This document shows, one piece after another, positions 49,651-58,099 of a stretch of 64,000 nucleotides of DNA. Position numbers and translations under genes: made by a program. Within the stretch, counting starts at the first letter, position 1; each line of letters opens with the position of its first letter. Location: sequence record OR413575.1, one strand, 5' to 3'. The notes below the pieces were generated by a model that was given only the letters and a program-made list of their open reading frames with translations, was not told where the DNA came from and ran no database searches.

Positions 49651-50181
49651 ATGTCCAAAGAAAAAAGCATGGTTGACGTAGCAATTGAAGAAGCTGCAAA
49701 AATGGGTAACGCGGAAATCCGTCAGGCTTCTAAACTCAGCGTAGGCGATCTGGTGAAAACCAACATCGTAATGCCTGAGTACCGTGACGAAGAAGGTCGT
49801 CCTCTACCGAAAGCAGAAGTGAAGCGTCAGGTAGAGCAGTACTGCCACGAACAAAAGATCGGGATGTTGGCACATTCTATCGGCCTGGGCCTTGGGGTAG
49901 ATTTCCCTATCGGGTATACAATCGCCCTGGAAAAATGCGAAGAGTTCTTGAAAGATCTGAAGGTCGTTATCAAACGTACTAACGGAGACTTCACTACTAG
50001 CGTTGAAATTCCAGGCGGCGTATACAACATGGTAGATACCGATCGTCATGCTCTGGCGTTACGTGCGATCCACTTCATGTTACTGCGTCAAGATCCTGAC
50101 ACCGATGAATTCGTACAACGTCGTTTGTTCAGCGAAGTTAACCAGATTGCTGAAGTTCTGGGAAACCAAACTAAACACTAA
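49651..50181 (+). CDS. Hypothetical protein
   Basis: 176-aa ORF. Confidence 0.75.
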   Translation: MSKEKSMVDVAIEEAAKMGNAEIRQASKLSVGDLVKTNIVMPEYRDEEGRPLPKAEVKRQVEQYCHEQKIGMLAHSIGLGLGVDFPIGYTIALEKCEEFLKDLKVVIKRTNGDFTTSVEIPGGVYNMVDTDRHALALRAIHFMLLRQDPDTDEFVQRRLFSEVNQIAEVLGNQTKH

Positions 50182-50188
50182 TTTATAC

Positions 50189-50219
50189 GGAGGACTTCGG
50201 TCCTCCAGTTGTGCTGTTA
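50189..50219 (+). terminator. Hairpin followed by a TGTGCTGTTA tail (same tail as the convergent-junction elements)
   Basis: GGAGGAC-TTCG-GTCCTCC-AGT-TGTGCTGTTA; no U-tract. Confidence 0.7.
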
Positions 50220-50235
50220 AAACAGGAGAAGTAAA

Positions 50236-50820
50236 ATGATTCCTTTCGACGTAGTTAAACGTATCGTCCTGGCTGATATCACCGCTGGGAAAACTGTTGA
50301 AGAAGTAGCAGCAGAAACTGGCTTCAATGTCGAGCACCTGGAAATGTTCTTCGAGAACGAAGTTGAATGGAAGTTCGAAGAGTTCCAGAAAGCAGCCGGT
50401 GTAACTGGTATGTGTATCACGCCGTACTACGATACTATCCTACCAGTCCGTGTAACGTTTGATATCGCCCGCATCATCACTGATGAGATTGATACTTACG
50501 GTACTATCTCGCAGCAACAAGAATTGTCGACGAACTCGAACAACGAGATCTTCATCAACGATTCTAAAATCAACGTATCTGCCTGGTGGTCGTATGACGA
50601 CACTAACGATCTGGGCGCGTTGTTCATTGTAGCCAACGGGTTCTATCGCGATGATAAGAACACGTTGAATGAGCTGAACGTATATAGTGCGGTACGTATC
50701 ACGGAAGAGAACTACCATACTCTCGCTCCGATGCGTAATATCAGCGAAGCAGAGGCCAGTGTAGCTGAAGCAGCTTTCCGTAATATCTTCGTTACGATGC
50801 CTAACGATTATCGTATTTAA
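50236..50820 (+). CDS. Hypothetical protein
   Basis: 194-aa acidic ORF with AGGAG RBS; N-terminus is HTH-like (GKTVEEVAAETGF). Confidence 0.75.
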   Translation: MIPFDVVKRIVLADITAGKTVEEVAAETGFNVEHLEMFFENEVEWKFEEFQKAAGVTGMCITPYYDTILPVRVTFDIARIITDEIDTYGTISQQQELSTNSNNEIFINDSKINVSAWWSYDDTNDLGALFIVANGFYRDDKNTLNELNVYSAVRITEENYHTLAPMRNISEAEASVAEAAFRNIFVTMPNDYRI

Positions 50821-50836
50821 TAAATAGCCAACACCA

Positions 50837-50855
50837 GGGGAAGTACGCCTTCCCC
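50837..50855 (+). terminator. Hairpin
   Basis: GGGGAAG-TACGC-CTTCCCC. Confidence 0.5.
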
Positions 50856-50896
50856 AAACTCAATTCAATTTTGAACGTTCAATAAGGAATTCTAAA

Positions 50897-51439
50897 ATGA
50901 AATTAACTTCTTTCTCTAACGAATCTGTAAAAACTCGTGAACATCTGGAAGCAATGGTGAACGAAAAAGGTCTGTTCATCCCTGATGATCTGATCCGTGT
51001 AGCGCCGTCTGCGAAAGACCGCGACGAAGATGGTACCATCCGCAACCAGGTTCTGAAGTATTTCAATAGTAATCCAGATTTGATGTATCTGGCACTTATC
51101 AATTTTGATAAGGTTATTGAAGAAAAAGAGAAGAACAAAACTTCAACTGCGACATTCGCCGCGAATTTGGCAAAGGTACCAGGTTCATTAACCGAAGTTG
51201 ATGGAGATGAATCTGTAACCTGCCTGGAAAACTTCCTCTTCTCTATCTGGCCGGTCATGGATCGTATTGCAATGATCGCTCGGAAAGAACGTACTAAACC
51301 TCGTCGTATGATCGATGTTGGTTTGGATAATTTGAATATCATCGTAGTGATGGAATATCTGGTTGAATGGGTAAACAGTAACAATAAACTAGAGAAGAAA
51401 TTAAGCTATAGCCAATATCAAGACTACATGCTCAATTAA
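50897..51439 (+). CDS. Hypothetical protein
   Basis: 180-aa ORF with AAGGA RBS. Confidence 0.75.
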   Translation: MKLTSFSNESVKTREHLEAMVNEKGLFIPDDLIRVAPSAKDRDEDGTIRNQVLKYFNSNPDLMYLALINFDKVIEEKEKNKTSTATFAANLAKVPGSLTEVDGDESVTCLENFLFSIWPVMDRIAMIARKERTKPRRMIDVGLDNLNIIVVMEYLVEWVNSNNKLEKKLSYSQYQDYMLN

Positions 51440-51446
51440 TTACTCA

Positions 51447-51478
51447 TCCACCTTATCTAATGATAGGGTGGGTTTATT
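51447..51478 (+). terminator. Hairpin terminator
   Basis: TCCACCTTATC-TAAT-GATAGGGTGGG followed by TTTATT. Confidence 0.55.
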
Positions 51479-51520
51479 CTACGCTCTTGCTTTCAATATT
51501 TATTTTTTGTTGAGGTTATT

Positions 51521-51772
51521 ATGGAACTGCAAAACGAATTAGATTTACCTTTATTCATTCGTCCATTTTTTCAAGAAATTCATTACGCCGTTACTCGGTC
51601 AGGGTTGTGTAAGGTAAATGGCAAGATTCGTTCTTCACGTGTTAAGCGTGGTCCGGGTAAAGGTCGCCCTATTTATCGTAAAGACCTGATCGTTTGTCGT
51701 TCTCCTATTACTACAGGTAAACACCGTGGCGATGTAAAGCACGTCGCAGATTTTAAACTCCATTCACTCTGA
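51521..51772 (+). CDS. Small basic hypothetical protein
   Basis: 83-aa Arg/Lys-rich ORF with GAGG RBS. Confidence 0.62.
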   Translation: MELQNELDLPLFIRPFFQEIHYAVTRSGLCKVNGKIRSSRVKRGPGKGRPIYRKDLIVCRSPITTGKHRGDVKHVADFKLHSL

Positions 51773-51781
51773 GGACATGTC

Positions 51782-52363
51782 ATGTCAATTATTCATTCTG
51801 TAACTTCTACCATCCAGTGGATGTCTGGTAATAAACCATACACTCTCAGTGCTAGTATACATGAACCTATCCACAACGTGGCATACTTCATGACAGCGCT
51901 TATGTGCAGCGATGCACAACGTTGTACTACAGCACCCTGTGATATCCGTCATATCGACGGAACAATGTCAAGAGCGGACGTTGGGATAAATAAAGACGGT
52001 GCGATGTTCCTTAGTTTCGGTGAAACGGAACTTAAGCTATCGCGCGAGCAAGTGGATAAATACTTCCTCGAACCTTTCCAGACTCATGCTCCTGTGTTAT
52101 ACGGACATGGCCTGGTACTCAATACTGATGAAGATGTAGACTACGGTATTTTCTACGATGCTGGCTCTGACACCGAAGAAACGTGGTTAGTAGACACCGA
52201 TGGGAATATTCTTGTCCTTGTCGAAACGTATGATGAACGTAAGGTTATGTTCGACCGGGCGTACTATAAAGGAATGGTTGATGAAGAAGCCCTTCATCAT
52301 TACGGAAAAGAAATAGAGAGTATCATCCTGATGTACAAAACCCATTTATCCAACGAGGAATAA
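51782..52363 (+). CDS. Hypothetical protein (paralog of 52366..53019)
   Basis: 193-aa ORF; shares the VG...D....FG..E.KL.......EP.F pattern with the next gene. Confidence 0.75.
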   Translation: MSIIHSVTSTIQWMSGNKPYTLSASIHEPIHNVAYFMTALMCSDAQRCTTAPCDIRHIDGTMSRADVGINKDGAMFLSFGETELKLSREQVDKYFLEPFQTHAPVLYGHGLVLNTDEDVDYGIFYDAGSDTEETWLVDTDGNILVLVETYDERKVMFDRAYYKGMVDEEALHHYGKEIESIILMYKTHLSNEE

Positions 52364-52365
52364 TC

Positions 52366-53019
52366 ATGCACACTATCACCGTAACTCCTAAAGTAGAAAT
52401 TTCCACCCTTTGCCCTGCTAAGGTAAATACTAACCGCATCGAGTTCACTGTTGAAAGTAAGCTCGCATTCAACTTTCTCTGGGCCGCTGTACTGGCGTCT
52501 ATTTGGCACGACAACCAAGAAGTAAAACACCATTTCCGCGTTTCTCTGGAAACTGTTCAGGTAGAAGAACAACTCCCTGACAGTGCATCCGTTACTATTA
52601 ATCAAGTAATGGGTGTTAAGGTTGGTCAGCTGGGCGAGGATGTTTACATCTGCTTCGGTACTGACGAACCTGTTAAGCTGGAGATGGGTAATGTTTACTA
52701 TAACATCATCGAGCCTCTGTTCCGCAATGAACAAGTAGACATCAACTTCTCCTCAGATGTGGCCGATACTGTAATCGCTTATGAAGGCATGACGTGGACT
52801 TTGTTTGAGAACTACGACATGTATGGCGATGAATTCGATGATGGTCGTCAGTTCATTCTGGTAAGTAACACCGGTCTGATCATTGCTCTGGAGCAAGAGA
52901 TGAGTACTGCCAAGTGGGTTCGTTCACCTAACGATATCTGGAACAAGTTCAACCTGTCCATGGACAAGAACTTCCCTGGCTGGGTAGATGCAATCATTAA
53001 CCTGTTGGAGAATAACTAA
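52366..53019 (+). CDS. Hypothetical protein (paralog of 51782..52363)
   Basis: 217-aa ORF with GAGGA RBS. Confidence 0.75.
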   Translation: MHTITVTPKVEISTLCPAKVNTNRIEFTVESKLAFNFLWAAVLASIWHDNQEVKHHFRVSLETVQVEEQLPDSASVTINQVMGVKVGQLGEDVYICFGTDEPVKLEMGNVYYNIIEPLFRNEQVDINFSSDVADTVIAYEGMTWTLFENYDMYGDEFDDGRQFILVSNTGLIIALEQEMSTAKWVRSPNDIWNKFNLSMDKNFPGWVDAIINLLENN

Positions 53020-53939
53020 TGTTTACACTTAATTACATGTCTGCGGAAGAAGTAGAAGCGGTTAAACCAGATTACTTGAAGTATCCTTTAATCCGGCCAT
53101 CCCATCGTGTTGCCAACGTTATGGAGCCGAATAACGTATTGACGGTTTGCCCAACGGTTGAATGGATGCAGAAGCGTAAGAACATTCAGTCCGGTTCAGG
53201 TTATCGTCGTATAGGCGTCCCAGTGCCTGCCAGCACCGCTGATCGTTTCTTCCCGGACAAGATTGTCAATGCGTGCTGGAAATTCACTGGCGGCCTTGTG
53301 GCGTTCGTAGATAACGAGATCTTTATTATCGGTGATCGTTATTACAATAACTACGGATTCGCTAAGAGTCGTGATGAATCTTACGAAGTATTAGGTAAGG
53401 TCGAATCAGGTGGTGAATTTGCACCGCTGATCGTTCCTAACTTTGGTTTAGTATTGAAAGCCATGACTAAGTACGACTACCGTACTTGTTCAGGTGGCGG
53501 GAACAGTAAAACGAACTTTAACAGTTTCGACTTTGAAGCCAACGGTCAGTTGGATGACGATGGTCCGATGCCTATCCAAGCTAACTGGACTATCTATCTG
53601 GTTAAAGAAGAAGGTACTCCTCATCCGACTGATTTCATCGAAGGTTACAACGATGTCATGGATAAGATGGATCTTAATCCGCCTAAAGGCCAGTCGCTGG
53701 GTAAATTATTACAACATTGGGATTATCCTATGGATATGGAAGATAACTGCGAAATCCCTCTGTCCGATGGCCGTTTTCGTATGCTGGCCGGTACTCAGTA
53801 TAAAGCGTACCGTGGCTGGGAAATGGAATACGTTGAGGGATCGGGTAAAGTTACTTTGTCACATCGTCGTGATGGCGAAACTTCCGTACTGAGCTGTTAC
53901 CCAGGTCTGGAACATCCTTTCATTAAATCTTTTAAGTGA
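53019..53939 (+). CDS. Hypothetical protein
   Basis: 306-aa ORF, TAATG-coupled to the previous gene. Confidence 0.75.
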   Translation: MFTLNYMSAEEVEAVKPDYLKYPLIRPSHRVANVMEPNNVLTVCPTVEWMQKRKNIQSGSGYRRIGVPVPASTADRFFPDKIVNACWKFTGGLVAFVDNEIFIIGDRYYNNYGFAKSRDESYEVLGKVESGGEFAPLIVPNFGLVLKAMTKYDYRTCSGGGNSKTNFNSFDFEANGQLDDDGPMPIQANWTIYLVKEEGTPHPTDFIEGYNDVMDKMDLNPPKGQSLGKLLQHWDYPMDMEDNCEIPLSDGRFRMLAGTQYKAYRGWEMEYVEGSGKVTLSHRRDGETSVLSCYPGLEHPFIKSFK

Positions 53940-53947
53940 GTTAACAC

Positions 53948-54796
53948 ATGTCTGAAGCAAAAAATAAAATCATCACTAAGTTCGTTGATTTGGCAGAAGC
54001 ATTCATTCGCGAAAACAAAGAGTCTATCTTTCACGACGGTTATGTAATTCATCGCCTGAGCCATACTCGCGCGCAGAGTCCCACATTCTCTGCCCTGCTG
54101 ATGCGTTGTATCATTGCGTATCACGGCATTGATAAAATGGAAGATCTCAAACCAGGTAACGATCCTATCACTGAGTTTTATATCCGTTTACCGGCTATCC
54201 TCGGCAATGGGTTCAGTGCTTACCCGTCAGTACGTAAAGACCATCCATGGGCTGGTAGTCGTTACGAGTGGGAAACCACGCTCATGCAGCGTTTAACCGA
54301 ACTGGGTATTAATTACCTTGAGTTACCGCTGGCGATTGTTTGGTTGCAGTATGAGTTGGAACAGAAGATCATTTCTGAAACCAAAGACGACGGTTCATTG
54401 TCTCCTGATATGAAAGTTGGTACTGAAGTGTACAACGCTATCAATGTCGAACTTTCAAAACGTTTCGAGAAAGATTACCAAGATCGTCTCGAAGAACTCG
54501 ACCGTGAGGAAGCTGAACGCGCAACAGTAGAAGCAGCTGCTCCACCAGCTGCTCAAAATACGGCAGAACCAAAAGGCGTTGAACATCTTCTCGTCGACCC
54601 GAACTACGAGATGGTAACTACTCGTAGTATCATGCCGAAAGAAGAAACCAAAGACGACGGTTTCGATATCAATGCGTTAGATGCACTTAACATTGACGAT
54701 GCTTTAGAGCGCGTCGATGCTAAACGTTCCGGTGGGGGTGAAGCTATCGTTGTCGGTGAAGGTGATAACGATTGTGGCGACGCATGTAAAATCTAA
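53948..54796 (+). CDS. Hypothetical protein with an acidic tail ending in an NrdA-like DCGDACKI
   Basis: 282-aa ORF; C-terminus ...GEGDNDCGDACKI. Confidence 0.78.
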   Translation: MSEAKNKIITKFVDLAEAFIRENKESIFHDGYVIHRLSHTRAQSPTFSALLMRCIIAYHGIDKMEDLKPGNDPITEFYIRLPAILGNGFSAYPSVRKDHPWAGSRYEWETTLMQRLTELGINYLELPLAIVWLQYELEQKIISETKDDGSLSPDMKVGTEVYNAINVELSKRFEKDYQDRLEELDREEAERATVEAAAPPAAQNTAEPKGVEHLLVDPNYEMVTTRSIMPKEETKDDGFDINALDALNIDDALERVDAKRSGGGEAIVVGEGDNDCGDACKI

Positions 54797-54802
54797 CCGC
54801 AC

Positions 54803-54836
54803 AATTGGAGAACCCTTCGGGGTTCTCCAATTTTTT
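54803..54836 (+). terminator. Rho-independent terminator
   Basis: AATTGGAGAACCC-TTCG-GGGTTCTCCAATT followed by a T-run. Confidence 0.85.
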
Positions 54837-54850
54837 GTTTGAGGACTATT

Positions 54851-55306
54851 ATGGATATTCGTTTACTGCATGGCGGTACAGATAAAAGAGTTTTAACTAA
54901 ACTCTTAGATCTTCACAAGGAGTTTGATAAACAGGAAAAAGAAGTTTCCTCTAAATCAGTAGTTGATATATTGGCTAATTACTCCGGGTGGTTTGATAAT
55001 ATAGAAAAATGCCTGGACTACGACATTGTACTAGGTGCGTTTGACTGCGGGGAATTAGTAGGGTTTATTACGGGACACGTATCGGAAGATCATGGTAAAA
55101 GATCTTTAAATATTTGTTCATTATACATTGATACCGAACATCGCCGCGAAGGGTACGGTAAAGCCCTATATAAACGCATAATACAAGAAGCAGAGGATAT
55201 TGCATCAGTCAGTCTCGTAACCTATATTAGCAATACGTCAGCTATGATGTTTTATAAATCGTTAGGGCTAAAAGTTTATGCTCAGTATTTGGGAAAAGTA
55301 ATTTAA
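54851..55306 (+). CDS. GNAT-family N-acetyltransferase (start placed at ATG 54851)
   Basis: Motif A LYIDTEHRREGYGKAL, and NTSAMMFYKSLG. GAGG RBS at 54841. Confidence 0.85.
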   Translation: MDIRLLHGGTDKRVLTKLLDLHKEFDKQEKEVSSKSVVDILANYSGWFDNIEKCLDYDIVLGAFDCGELVGFITGHVSEDHGKRSLNICSLYIDTEHRREGYGKALYKRIIQEAEDIASVSLVTYISNTSAMMFYKSLGLKVYAQYLGKVI

Positions 55307-55320
55307 AAATGATTCTCGTT

Positions 55321-55340
55321 TATATTACTATAGACTAATA
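55321..55340 (+). promoter_or_regulatory. Candidate early promoter
   Basis: Exact TATATTAC followed by TATAGACTAATA. Confidence 0.72.
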
Positions 55341-55361
55341 AATATTAGTGGAGGCATTGAA

Positions 55362-55832
55362 ATGTTATTGTTAAACAAAAATAATTTTCTGAAATTACCG
55401 GCTGGGGTTTTCTATATTCAAGTCGGACCTAAAGAAGACCCATCTACTGCCATGATTACCAACGGTATTATGGTTAAAGGTACAACTCCAAAGGCTACTA
55501 AGGATTTCGATTGTTACGAAGGGAACCTGTCATTCGCTCCCACTGATACGGATACCGGTGAATTCGACTGGCCTTGTATTGGGAACCTTTACGATGAATC
55601 AATTGGTGTGTCCGGCTCGATGGATATTAATCTTACCTTTACACGGGGCGGAATAATTGGTGAGGATGATTTACGTTTCATTATACTTGAACCAAACGAT
55701 TTACTAACGATGATGAAATGGATGGCTGCTGGTAGCAAGGCCATGGGGGAATGGCTTAAATCACAACCAGATGAGTTCCCTAAGGTTATCGTTGCAGGTA
55801 AAGGGACTCACGAGTCTGAGGATTTCTGTTAA
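55362..55832 (+). CDS. Hypothetical protein
   Basis: 156-aa ORF with GGAGG RBS, just after the promoter. Confidence 0.75.
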   Translation: MLLLNKNNFLKLPAGVFYIQVGPKEDPSTAMITNGIMVKGTTPKATKDFDCYEGNLSFAPTDTDTGEFDWPCIGNLYDESIGVSGSMDINLTFTRGGIIGEDDLRFIILEPNDLLTMMKWMAAGSKAMGEWLKSQPDEFPKVIVAGKGTHESEDFC

Positions 55833-55945
55833 TGTCAATAATGGATATACCAGTCAATTATCTTTTAGGGACTGGGTTATTTTTAATTGTTATTCTGGCT
55901 GTCTGCGCGCTGATAGCTTTAAACTTAATAGACAAGAGGGATTAA
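55832..55945 (+). CDS. 37-aa single-pass membrane micro-protein (not in the ORF track)
   Basis: TAATG coupling with the upstream gene; MSIMDIPVNYLLGTGLFLIVILAVCALIALNLIDKRD. Confidence 0.55.
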   Translation: MSIMDIPVNYLLGTGLFLIVILAVCALIALNLIDKRD

Positions 55946-55946
55946 G

Positions 55947-56147
55947 ATGTTCGGATTGTCTGAAGTCGATAACGCCTTCTTAGTTGGATTATTAATGGCA
56001 TTAGCATATTCGGGTGCTGTGATATCATTCGTTACAGCTTCGACGAAACAACCGTTTGCGCGATACATTACATCGGTGGCTAGTATTGCTCTCACTGGTG
56101 TCATTTTAATATTGATCGCTTACTTAACTCAAAAAGGTATTTTGTAA
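55947..56147 (+). CDS. 66-aa two-pass membrane protein
   Basis: Two hydrophobic helices; GAGGGA RBS; TAATG-coupled to the DHH gene. Confidence 0.68.
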   Translation: MFGLSEVDNAFLVGLLMALAYSGAVISFVTASTKQPFARYITSVASIALTGVILILIAYLTQKGIL

Positions 56148-57427
56148 TGGCTTACTTAAAACTCCCTACTGTTGTAGATATTAACTCTACCATGATCATC
56201 CGTGAAGTTTATGGACCAGATGGTGAAGTTGCACTGAAAGATATTCGCGTCATTACTCGCCCCCGTCGTTATGAAGATATGGTGAATCCACGCGCATCTT
56301 ACATGATGGCTGATGTAGTAGATGTAGATGGCACTACTCGCCCGTTTGGATTCGGATACATGCTGGAGCGTGAAGCTGAGTTCTACGACATGATTGCTGC
56401 GCTGAACGCAATCATTAAAGGTACGGCTACTAGCTTCAATACCATGACTAATGAAGTCACACTCTCTGAGGCTGGCGCTAAAGAATCAGAGGTGCATAAC
56501 CTCATCATGTATCATGGTGATTGCGTTGACGGTATGGCGGCTGCGTGGGTAGCGCGTACGTGGGCAAATGGACGTAAACAAACCTACGATCTCATCCCGG
56601 TACATTATGGTCAACCGGTGCCGAAGATCCCTACTCCTAACGGTAAAGAAATCCGTATCCATATTCTGGACTTCTCTTATACACTGGAGAAAATCCAGGA
56701 GATGGTAGCCTACTACAAACCTACTTCGGTTATCTACATCGATCATCATGCTACGGCTGAAAAAGATCTGATGGATGCAGACCTGTGGTTAACAATGACA
56801 GCCGAAATCGCTAACGATGTCCGTTTCGAAGGACATACTCCTGGTGTAAGTGGGGCAGTATTAGCCTGGCGTACTTACTTCCCCGAATCGGATATGCCTG
56901 AATCTATCATCCGTGTAGGGGATCGCGATACATGGCGCTTTAAGTACGAGGAGTCTAAAGATTTCCATCAACTTGCCGGTCTTTATCTGAATGAACCAGA
57001 TCGTTGGGATTTCGTGTTCTACGATCGCTTCTTCAATGACAACTGTATGCAAGGTTGCGCTATTAAACAATTCAGTGATCGACTGGTTGATAAATACAGC
57101 GCCAGTGACAAGTTACGTCACATCGAAGACAACGGTGCGAAGGGTGCTATCGTTAACTTCCCACGTGAGTTCGTGAGTGACTTGTGCGCCACTATACTGG
57201 ATAAGAACCCAGGGTATATGTTTGCAATGGCGTACCAATGTAACGTAGACCATTGGAAGTTTGATTTGCGTAGTCCTGGTCGTGATAAAGAAGACCAATA
57301 TGACTGCGGAGAGGTCGCTCGTTTGTTTGGAGGCGGCGGTCATGTAGGGGCGGCTGGTATTGTTGTACCACGCGATGACAAGAAAATTCTTCGTGCAATC
57401 GAAAAACATTTCGGGTTTACACTATGA
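56147..57427 (+). CDS. DHH/DHHA1-family phosphoesterase with an N-terminal extension
   Basis: Motifs YHGDCVDG, ILDFS, IDHHAT, DRDTW and GGGGHVGAAG. Confidence 0.9.
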   Translation: MAYLKLPTVVDINSTMIIREVYGPDGEVALKDIRVITRPRRYEDMVNPRASYMMADVVDVDGTTRPFGFGYMLEREAEFYDMIAALNAIIKGTATSFNTMTNEVTLSEAGAKESEVHNLIMYHGDCVDGMAAAWVARTWANGRKQTYDLIPVHYGQPVPKIPTPNGKEIRIHILDFSYTLEKIQEMVAYYKPTSVIYIDHHATAEKDLMDADLWLTMTAEIANDVRFEGHTPGVSGAVLAWRTYFPESDMPESIIRVGDRDTWRFKYEESKDFHQLAGLYLNEPDRWDFVFYDRFFNDNCMQGCAIKQFSDRLVDKYSASDKLRHIEDNGAKGAIVNFPREFVSDLCATILDKNPGYMFAMAYQCNVDHWKFDLRSPGRDKEDQYDCGEVARLFGGGGHVGAAGIVVPRDDKKILRAIEKHFGFTL

Positions 57428-57744
57428 CAAAGACCCCTGTTCGTATCGTACCGGTCAATACGGTATCTGGGCTATACCGCGATCCTTTACCTTACGATGA
57501 ACTTATGTCGTTCGCTACTCGTAAGACATGGGACCGGAAGTTAAGTACTGCATGTTGCGGTGTTATCATCCGTGTTAACGAATGGGTGGCTAACATGGAA
57601 GCAAAAATTAAAACGTTTGCTCCTGGTACCCGTCAACATTCAATGTTAGTGCGTAAGTTGAATGAAGCGGATATCAAGCGTGAAGTACTAGAACGTAAGT
57701 ACTTGGATGTATTACACAAACGCTACGGGCCACCGGTTAAGTAA
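57424..57744 (+). CDS. Hypothetical protein
   Basis: 106-aa basic ORF, ATGA-coupled to the previous gene. Confidence 0.68.
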   Translation: MTKTPVRIVPVNTVSGLYRDPLPYDELMSFATRKTWDRKLSTACCGVIIRVNEWVANMEAKIKTFAPGTRQHSMLVRKLNEADIKREVLERKYLDVLHKRYGPPVK

Positions 57745-57758
57745 TTAGTATAATAGAG

Positions 57759-57795
57759 GAAGGGCTACGGCCCTTCTTTTTTTTTTTGCTTGAAT
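57759..57795 (+). terminator. Rho-independent terminator
   Basis: GAAGGGC-TACG-GCCCTTC, then T11, then GCTTGAAT. Confidence 0.85.
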
Positions 57796-57850
57796 CGATG
57801 ACATAATAAATAGATGGAGGCCATCATATGTGAATCAATAAGGAGTCTCT

Positions 57851-58099
57851 ATGTTAGAGTTAATGTTAGGAGGCGGTGAAGATACTTCTAGCGGAGTGAT
57901 AAATCAGATTACTGGTATTGCTGTATATGCTCCGGTAAGAAAAGGAGTGTTAAACCAATTAACCGGACTGGCTGTTTATCAACCTATCCGTAAAGGCGTT
58001 ATAAATCAAGTCACGGGCTTGATGGTGTATACTCCAACCCGTAAAGGGGTAATTAATCAGGTAACCGGTATAGTCATTGTTAAGGAATTGATAAAATGA
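57851..58099 (+). CDS. 82-aa protein of four 17-aa tandem repeats
   Basis: GV(I/L)NQ(I/L/V)TG(I/L)xVYxPxRK four times after MLELMLGGG. AAGGAG RBS. Confidence 0.72.
   Translation: MLELMLGGGEDTSSGVINQITGIAVYAPVRKGVLNQLTGLAVYQPIRKGVINQVTGLMVYTPTRKGVINQVTGIVIVKELIK

Noticed and set aside
57893-58096. 51-bp tandem repeats as a possible CRISPR array
   Set aside because: There are no spacers and the units are in-frame protein repeats diverging at wobble positions.
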